From: Fusobacteriota bacterium
GTDB lineage: Bacteria > Fusobacteriota > Fusobacteriia > Fusobacteriales > JBNJFI01
NCBI GenBank assembly: GCA_051746725.1
Contig: JBNJFI010000042.1
Coordinates: 1-16,631 of the forward strand
Direction: 5' to 3'
DNA length: 16,631 bases
Part shown: positions 9,501-16,631 of the stretch, one piece after another
Numbering within the stretch: the stretch's first letter is position 1
Layout of the letters: each line of letters begins with the position of its first letter
Program-made: the position numbers and the translations under genes
The notes under the pieces: generated by a model
What the model was told of the DNA's origin: nothing
What the model saw: the letters and a program-made list of their open reading frames with translations, nothing else
The model's database searches: none

Positions 9501-12500
9501 CAATTAAAAGAATCAATATCACGGATGCCTATTATAAAAAAATGGACTCTTAGTTATTTTTCTCCATATTCATTACCTGATGGAAAAACTAGAAAAATAT
9601 TATTTGATGTAGCTGATCTAGAGTATTACGGGAAGAGCGACAGAAAATATACCGCTCCTTACCGAGAAACGACAGAAGAGCCTGATAATCAAACAGTTAT
9701 TTTGAAATTTGATGATGAAACAGTAAATAAATTAACTGAAACTAATTATAAGTATTATATTTCAGATAATAAATCATATTGGAATACTTTTAGGAAAATG
9801 AAAACAGTAAATATTGGAGAAAACCTAGAAGATGCTATTACTAGCTTAAATTATTCGGATAGCGGAAGTTTTTCTTTGCTTCAAAGTGATAACGATAGAC
9901 AATGGGAATATAACGGTTTTTCAGGAACAGTGGATGGAATGATAGTTAATAAGGTATCTTCGCTGGGATATGCAATATTTAATAGGTATAATGAAGATAT
10001 GGAATTTGAAGAATTATTTAGATATGGATTTACAGAAGGAATCACTTTAAATGATCCAGTTGAAAAAGGAAGTAAGGTTGAATTAAACTTTAACTCAGAA
10101 GGGTCTCATAATGAAATAACATTTAACAATAAAAGAATAATGTTTAGGTTAGCTAAATCTTCTGTAGCCAATTATGATACCGATACCAAGGAAAGTGATA
10201 TTAGGTATGACTTATTTGAAAAATTAAATTCAATAAATATTATTGAAGATAGTTCAGATCAAAATACTACAGGAGATGCTATAGGGGTAGCAGACCAAAA
10301 GATGATAGATTTCTATGAAGGAAACTCAAACTATGTGGATGTTATATTTAATAGATCATCTACTGAAGGAAAAACAATATATGCTGGAGGAGCTAAATTT
10401 ATGTTTAATCCTGGAACTAACCTTGTAATTAATGGATTAAGAATGGATAATTATACGGTGGAAGCATATACAATGAAAGAGTCTGATCATACAACTACTT
10501 CATCAGCTATAGATTATAAAGTTGTAACTTTTTCAGGAGCTAAGAGTTTTGAAATTGGTGCTCCAGATATAACTAACATTGATATGTCTAGTAATGGAGT
10601 TTTTAAAATAACTGAAACTGATGTTACAAAATTTCCAGAGATTTCTCTTGAGGTTGCAACACTTATGCCGCATAAGGTAGATAAACTTACAAATAAAAAT
10701 TTATTTGAAAAAGAGAGTCTAATAGGAACAACTGGAGAGATAACTAGGATGAGCGAAAAAAAGATGACAAGTGGGGTAACCCAGGATGTTCTCAGTGGAG
10801 ATATAGGAGTTGCAAAATCTGATATGTCAAAAGACTTTCAATACCCATTAGATATTATCTTTTGTATTGATAATTCAGGATCTATGCAAAAAGAAATAGA
10901 TGCTGTAAAAGATGGCTTGCAGAATTTTTCAAATACTTTAGTTGAAAATGGATTTGATGTAAAGTTTAATTTGATTACTTTTGGTCCTAAACAAAATACC
11001 ACAACATTAGGAAATGGTTCTCCCGAAATATACTTCGATACAATTTCAGATAATGATTATGGAGCTATATTTAAAAGTGATTGGTACGAATCAAGTTCTG
11101 ATGGTACTGCAGTTAAAAATTTGATATCAGATTTTGATGAAATTAATGCTTCTGGTGGATTTATATATTACCAAGAAAATGGGTTGACGAGTCTTGATGA
11201 AGCAATAGATAAGTTGAAAAATAACGGTAGAAGTATAAACTCTCAGGGAGATATTATAAATGATTCATCAGGAATGTTACCTTCGAAAAAATGGATAATA
11301 ATGCTTACTGATGAAAATGCAGACCAAGAAAACTTGCCTGATGGTTATTATGATGATATACTTGCGGTTACAGGTCTAGTAGATAAGATGGCGGATAGTG
11401 ATATTATTTTTACAAATATTTATCATGTAGACAAATATTTGTCACAAGATGAAGTAGATGAATATAGTAATGAATTAAATATTGAAGAAGTTAATGGGGT
11501 TCCTTATATTTTTGATGATAGAGGTATAAGAGGAGAATTACCTTCTGATACAAGCGGTGTATATTATTCAGAATTTAGATTGCGTTACCCTGATAATTAT
11601 AATATGTATGAAATGGGAAAGGAAGGCCAGCATGTAGGGGCTTCTTTGCAAGAATCGGTTAATGATATTGGTATAGTTCAATTCTGGAAGTTTGATTATG
11701 AGACGCCATTTGGTGATCAGGATGGAACTGAAAGACACATTAACTTCGTATTGGGAAATTTAGAAGCTGAATCTCCTGATATAAGTACAACGTTGACTCC
11801 AGATGATGGAAATACAGATTCTGATAGAAGATATTTTTCTCCAGACCTAAGTTTGGAAATAGAATTTACAACACCGAATCCAGAAGCAGATAGTCCTGAA
11901 TTCGAATCTAGTTCAGATAACCATTTTAAGATAAAGGGAAGAGTTAGATCGGTTAATGATTCAGAACTGGTTCCCGATCCTCCTGTTAAAGTCGATATTA
12001 GTATATTTGATAATGCTACTGGAGATCAAATAAACTTTGGTAATAATAGAGATGACAATTTAGAAGAAGAGGATCCCAGTGATTCTACTAATGATTGGTA
12101 TATCTTTGAAGTTGAAGTTCCAAAAGAGAAAATCAGAAATAGTGGATATACCTTTTTTGATGTACGAGCCGATGGTTTCTTAGAAAATGGTAATTCTACT
12201 TCGACTACAATCGAAGAAGTTAAATTTGATAATGAACCTCCAGTAATAAACAGCTTTAAAGTTAGAAATTTAAGTTTAGAAAATTTTTGGAGTGGTTGGC
12301 CTGATCCAGACCAAAATTATTATATTTTTGGTACGAATATGGATGAGAGTTCAGTTTATGGAAAAAATGAAGATAATTTTCAAATTAATTTAAATATCGA
12401 AGAAGCAAATCTTTCTAAAGTTATTTTAACAGGTCAATTAGAAAGAGTTTTAGATGTAAATACGTATACAAGTACAACTAATTTGAATTGGGACCTTGAT

Positions 12501-14279
12501 GGAAATACTAATGAAGTTTCCTTTGGTTCAGGGGATTTAAATTCAAATGATCTATCTTTAAATCAAGAAAACGATGGGAAATACGAAATAAAAATAACTG
12601 CCATAGATAAATCCGGTAATACTACAGAACAAGATATGGAATTTATTGTAGATAATACTTCCCCAGTTTCTATAGAGCTTATTAATGATAAGAGGGTTGA
12701 ATATAGTAATAGTGGATTTTCTATAGAGTTAGAAAATATTAAAGATAACGATGGTGGCTCTGGAATACGAAATGTTGTTTTTGGGGGAGAATATAATGAT
12801 AAATATAGTGATATAGCTTCTCCTTCTGCTATTGAATATAAAAAATACATATCTAGTAATGGTGTAGATGAAGATGGGAAGGCATCGTTAAATCAAACAG
12901 GAGATGATGGCCGATACAGATTTAAAGAGACGACTACTATGGCTGGAATAGTAGCTGTGGATAAGGCGGGAAATAAAAGAGTCTTAGATAATGAAAAATC
13001 TGATGATTTTGTAGATAGATATTTAGATACTAGGGCGCCAAGAGTTTCTGGATTGAAAATCACAAAAGTTACTGATGGAAATGGAATTTCAGAATTAGAA
13101 GACCTAGAGATTACTAATGGTAGTGGAGTGGTCTATCCAGGACAGACAACGGCATCTGCTCTATATTTAAAAGATGGGGATAAAATTGAGATAAAAGGTT
13201 ACATCGGAGAATGGGCTCTAGAGGATATAGAAAATTATAGTAGTAATACAGGAAGCGTACCTTGTTATATAAGTTATATGGATTATACTGAAGATAATTC
13301 AACTATAACTCCAGATCCTGAAATAGAAAAATCAGATCAAGAAGTTATCTTTGCTAAAATTGAGATAAAAGGAACTCATGGCTCAAATGATCCTATTAAG
13401 ATTAAGTTTGAAGATAAAGCTGGTAATTCAACTGATGAATATAGTTTTGATGTAGAGCTAGATAATATGCCGCCAAATATTAGCGCAATAAAGCCATCTT
13501 ACTGGAGTGACTCAGCATTTGATGGTATAAAAAATAAAAAAGTTAATGCTAAAGATTATCCAGAGGATGTCTGGTATACTCATAGCGATAATTTTGACAT
13601 TAAGGTTAATGATGCTGAATATTGGGGGAATAAAACTAAAATAAATAGTACTTCTTTTAGTGCAATAGATTTTACAACAAGTTTAACTAATGGAGCAATA
13701 ACTATGTCAGGTCGTATGGATTCTAATGAGTTAAATATTATTACTGCTGAAGCAATAGATTTGGCAGGTAATATAGGGGAGTATACAGATTATATAGTTC
13801 TAGATACAGAAGTAAATGGAAATTTTGGGGCTCCAGGAGGAGTAGTAGGTTCAGGAGATACTATAACTATAGATTTTGAAAATGTTAAAGAATTATCTGG
13901 GTTATATAAATATAAATGGGAAATAACTTCAAATGCACATGGAACAGATGATAAACAGGGGGCCGAAACTGTATTTGGTGATCAATCTAATAGATATACC
14001 ATTCCTACAGAAGCGGGGGATAGTTTTAATGTAGAAATTGACCCTGATTTAACAGGTTACAGTGGATCAAGATTTAGAGTTATGGTAGACGTATGGGATC
14101 AACTAGGAAATAAAGCAACCTTAAATGCTGGAGAGTATGTAGTCAAAGAAGGTCTAGAAATAAAATCTACAGAAAAAGATGGTGAAAGACAAGTTACTAC
14201 AGAAGTAGATTTGGGTGGATCAGGTGGAACGATTGATCTAGAAGTAGAAGGAAGAAAAGAAGGTGGAAAGAAAGACTAA
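6549..14279 (+). CDS. Giant secreted modular protein 2 (2576 aa): signal peptide, CBM-like modules, Big_2-like domain, two VWA domains, Ig-like stalk, conserved C-terminal tail
   Basis: Signal peptide MKKKEKTTKLIKCFIFFMFISVMSFS (6549-6626). YYVSAEFNNW...FKI resembles CBM48/SusE-type starch-binding sandwiches. LTDEDGDGFYEG module at 7311-7346. Big_2-like region about 7550-7810 (INWESTNENIFNI...GTIKGINQGSADL). VWA1 LDVILCLDTSSSM (MIDAS 8889-8903) and VWA2 LDIIFCIDNSGSM (10869-10883). DK(A/S)GN Ig-like motifs follow, and the C-terminal third is homologous to protein 1. Confidence 0.88.
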   Translation: MKKKEKTTKLIKCFIFFMFISVMSFSKYYVSAEFNNWPEDTAQMKEMEQGNSDNYFTTIKIPESDREFKIFDDNGHIGTKQAESSGLYEVGIYTNDNSLYDNKISNPGYKIDINNGSSEILMEKENESNWNSIIEVDNEVNFNIIDKEGFTWGEEQTITTPGGYQVNFDPGPETITITEMNEISKEIQVKIDMTVLWGADLPETVYMFAYNVDGSGNASSDVEGLTDKNDNSIEGYDRDKKGTSEEQTTAGALALTDEDGDGFYEGTLNYEGYPKSFYTRFYVANDEYNIVNMPKYEEHTGSDETPITDDMWFRKVEINDSLDRIDTAWENKPVESLEWAVIDQGDVSVYENFTRDLQVLAKYENTKADHRLEITEYINWESTNENIFNIYTVGTIKGINQGSADLNVERGDKRLSKNIEVLRMTEMEKRQYIMAIPDNEFGKVTYGIKGISGSEYGGNQVKSKMVTDALEDDIYNNSEFGITPLNNDGIQGDFDLWTKGNESPGNVIYIPRELNDNQEMESLEVREKLEEKAISEGKLISEPKVPVRIKDVFVQKNGSGNSFFWIESKFSEYKQAYDRGQDIFFRVSKIDSESSDVSFFEGNPLKKVEDHIQDYKDNNIEYIDFLFNYNNQNTIVKDGITAEYTYENFVISGLPLGEYRLQIYTMKKSSDYFVFSFDEEVSFQTPQEPVGGLQVKDNYIFESIDAKAFSEIKVNFLTRTKEDINLTKEDISYNGFPGTLAERHYGNTGEEESMIDGKFALQESADLDVIKYPLDVILCLDTSSSMSDDLENLKSAWEDFEDEMSQKSGFDINYKLVTFGNSNDSDIWVQGNEDEWFESLDLSSINTGTSNSSQEPSAAAILKATEIMASHGRSMDRNWTIIDGPSGEIKSQKMIIFVSDSNTKSENPTPDDLGKKIIDQNIFLTGIGGVKKDGRMIEDDLGDTAHYPVNKNNENEQHYYHLKLILGDRFKFYQMGSTSDKYEVQLKESISRMPIIKKWTLSYFSPYSLPDGKTRKILFDVADLEYYGKSDRKYTAPYRETTEEPDNQTVILKFDDETVNKLTETNYKYYISDNKSYWNTFRKMKTVNIGENLEDAITSLNYSDSGSFSLLQSDNDRQWEYNGFSGTVDGMIVNKVSSLGYAIFNRYNEDMEFEELFRYGFTEGITLNDPVEKGSKVELNFNSEGSHNEITFNNKRIMFRLAKSSVANYDTDTKESDIRYDLFEKLNSINIIEDSSDQNTTGDAIGVADQKMIDFYEGNSNYVDVIFNRSSTEGKTIYAGGAKFMFNPGTNLVINGLRMDNYTVEAYTMKESDHTTTSSAIDYKVVTFSGAKSFEIGAPDITNIDMSSNGVFKITETDVTKFPEISLEVATLMPHKVDKLTNKNLFEKESLIGTTGEITRMSEKKMTSGVTQDVLSGDIGVAKSDMSKDFQYPLDIIFCIDNSGSMQKEIDAVKDGLQNFSNTLVENGFDVKFNLITFGPKQNTTTLGNGSPEIYFDTISDNDYGAIFKSDWYESSSDGTAVKNLISDFDEINASGGFIYYQENGLTSLDEAIDKLKNNGRSINSQGDIINDSSGMLPSKKWIIMLTDENADQENLPDGYYDDILAVTGLVDKMADSDIIFTNIYHVDKYLSQDEVDEYSNELNIEEVNGVPYIFDDRGIRGELPSDTSGVYYSEFRLRYPDNYNMYEMGKEGQHVGASLQESVNDIGIVQFWKFDYETPFGDQDGTERHINFVLGNLEAESPDISTTLTPDDGNTDSDRRYFSPDLSLEIEFTTPNPEADSPEFESSSDNHFKIKGRVRSVNDSELVPDPPVKVDISIFDNATGDQINFGNNRDDNLEEEDPSDSTNDWYIFEVEVPKEKIRNSGYTFFDVRADGFLENGNSTSTTIEEVKFDNEPPVINSFKVRNLSLENFWSGWPDPDQNYYIFGTNMDESSVYGKNEDNFQINLNIEEANLSKVILTGQLERVLDVNTYTSTTNLNWDLDGNTNEVSFGSGDLNSNDLSLNQENDGKYEIKITAIDKSGNTTEQDMEFIVDNTSPVSIELINDKRVEYSNSGFSIELENIKDNDGGSGIRNVVFGGEYNDKYSDIASPSAIEYKKYISSNGVDEDGKASLNQTGDDGRYRFKETTTMAGIVAVDKAGNKRVLDNEKSDDFVDRYLDTRAPRVSGLKITKVTDGNGISELEDLEITNGSGVVYPGQTTASALYLKDGDKIEIKGYIGEWALEDIENYSSNTGSVPCYISYMDYTEDNSTITPDPEIEKSDQEVIFAKIEIKGTHGSNDPIKIKFEDKAGNSTDEYSFDVELDNMPPNISAIKPSYWSDSAFDGIKNKKVNAKDYPEDVWYTHSDNFDIKVNDAEYWGNKTKINSTSFSAIDFTTSLTNGAITMSGRMDSNELNIITAEAIDLAGNIGEYTDYIVLDTEVNGNFGAPGGVVGSGDTITIDFENVKELSGLYKYKWEITSNAHGTDDKQGAETVFGDQSNRYTIPTEAGDSFNVEIDPDLTGYSGSRFRVMVDVWDQLGNKATLNAGEYVVKEGLEIKSTEKDGERQVTTEVDLGGSGGTIDLEVEGRKEGGKKD
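14160..14270 (+). repeat. Direct repeat copy 2: C-terminal tail of giant protein 2
   Basis: Ungapped match to 5700-5810. Encodes IKSTEKDGERQVTTEVDLGGSGGTIDLEVEGRKEGGK. Confidence 0.95.
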
Positions 14280-14287
14280 ATTAATAT

Positions 14288-14324
14288 AATCAAAAAAGGT
14301 CGCTTATCGCGGCCTTTTTTGATT
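14288..14324 (+). terminator. Rho-independent terminator of giant protein 2, potentially bidirectional
   Basis: AATCAAAAAAGGTCGC-TTATC-GCGGCCTTTTTTGATT is a 16-bp inverted repeat with one G:U pair and A6/T6 tracts, starting 8 nt after the stop codon. Confidence 0.85.
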
Positions 14325-14453
14325 GTCTAGCTAATTATATTTAGAAAAAAAGCCATAAATTAACAGAAAAAATGGGAGGGGGTTTGTCCCGGCTAAACTT
14401 ATCATTACAAACGATAATAAAGAATATATAGCTTTATGAAGAGGGATTCTAGG

Positions 14454-16507
<2,054 letters not shown>

Positions 16508-16545
16508 AATTTAAGTGAAATATATTTGAAATAAAGGAGCTTGAT

Positions 16546-16631
16546 ATGAATACTATAAATGATATTTTAGCAAAAAAGGGAAAAGAAAAAATAACCATGG
16601 TAACAGCCTATGATTATCATACAGCAAAACA
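16546..16631 (+). CDS. panB: 3-methyl-2-oxobutanoate hydroxymethyltransferase PanB, N-terminal fragment truncated by the window edge
   Basis: RBS AAGGAG precedes ATG 16546. Translation MNTINDILAKKGKEKITMVTAYDYHTAK contains the PanB N-terminal signature KITM(L/V)TAYD. Not in the ORF track because it is truncated. Confidence 0.9.
   Translation, partial: MNTINDILAKKGKEKITMVTAYDYHTAK

Noticed and set aside
5700..14270. Tail repeat as a diversity-generating retroelement TR/VR pair
   Set aside because: Both copies are coding, mismatches are not confined to adenines of one copy (two are C/T, half are synonymous), and no reverse transcriptase is in the window.
903..14279. Giant proteins as autotransporters, RTX proteins, lipoproteins, sortase substrates or amylopullulanases
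   Set aside because: I see no C-terminal beta-barrel with terminal aromatic residue, no GGxGxD nonapeptide arrays, no lipobox Cys at the cleavage site, no LPxTG+TM or SLH, and no GH13 catalytic motifs.

Overview
This is an AT-rich bacterial window with all credible genes on the + strand. It contains the 3' end of a probable type I pullulanase (GH13), two giant paralogous secreted proteins (about 1637 aa and 2576 aa) separated by a 160-aa membrane-anchored helical protein, the NAD-dependent DNA ligase ligA, and the 5' end of panB. Both giant proteins follow one plan: Sec signal peptide, starch/glycan-binding-like and Ig-like modules, VWA (MIDAS) domain(s), a homologous stalk of about 800 aa of Ig-like domains, and a nearly identical 37-aa C-terminal tail (31/37 aa, 96/110 nt). 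I see no catalytic domain and no recognised anchor or secretion signal (LPxTG, SLH, lipobox, autotransporter barrel, T9SS CTD). The main candidate for novelty is a non-catalytic, starch-associated surface adhesin/scaffold family with an uncharacterised C-terminal sorting or assembly tag. Domain calls are by eye from motifs, with no HMM searches run. A Fusobacteriota-like origin is only a guess from composition and signal-peptide style.
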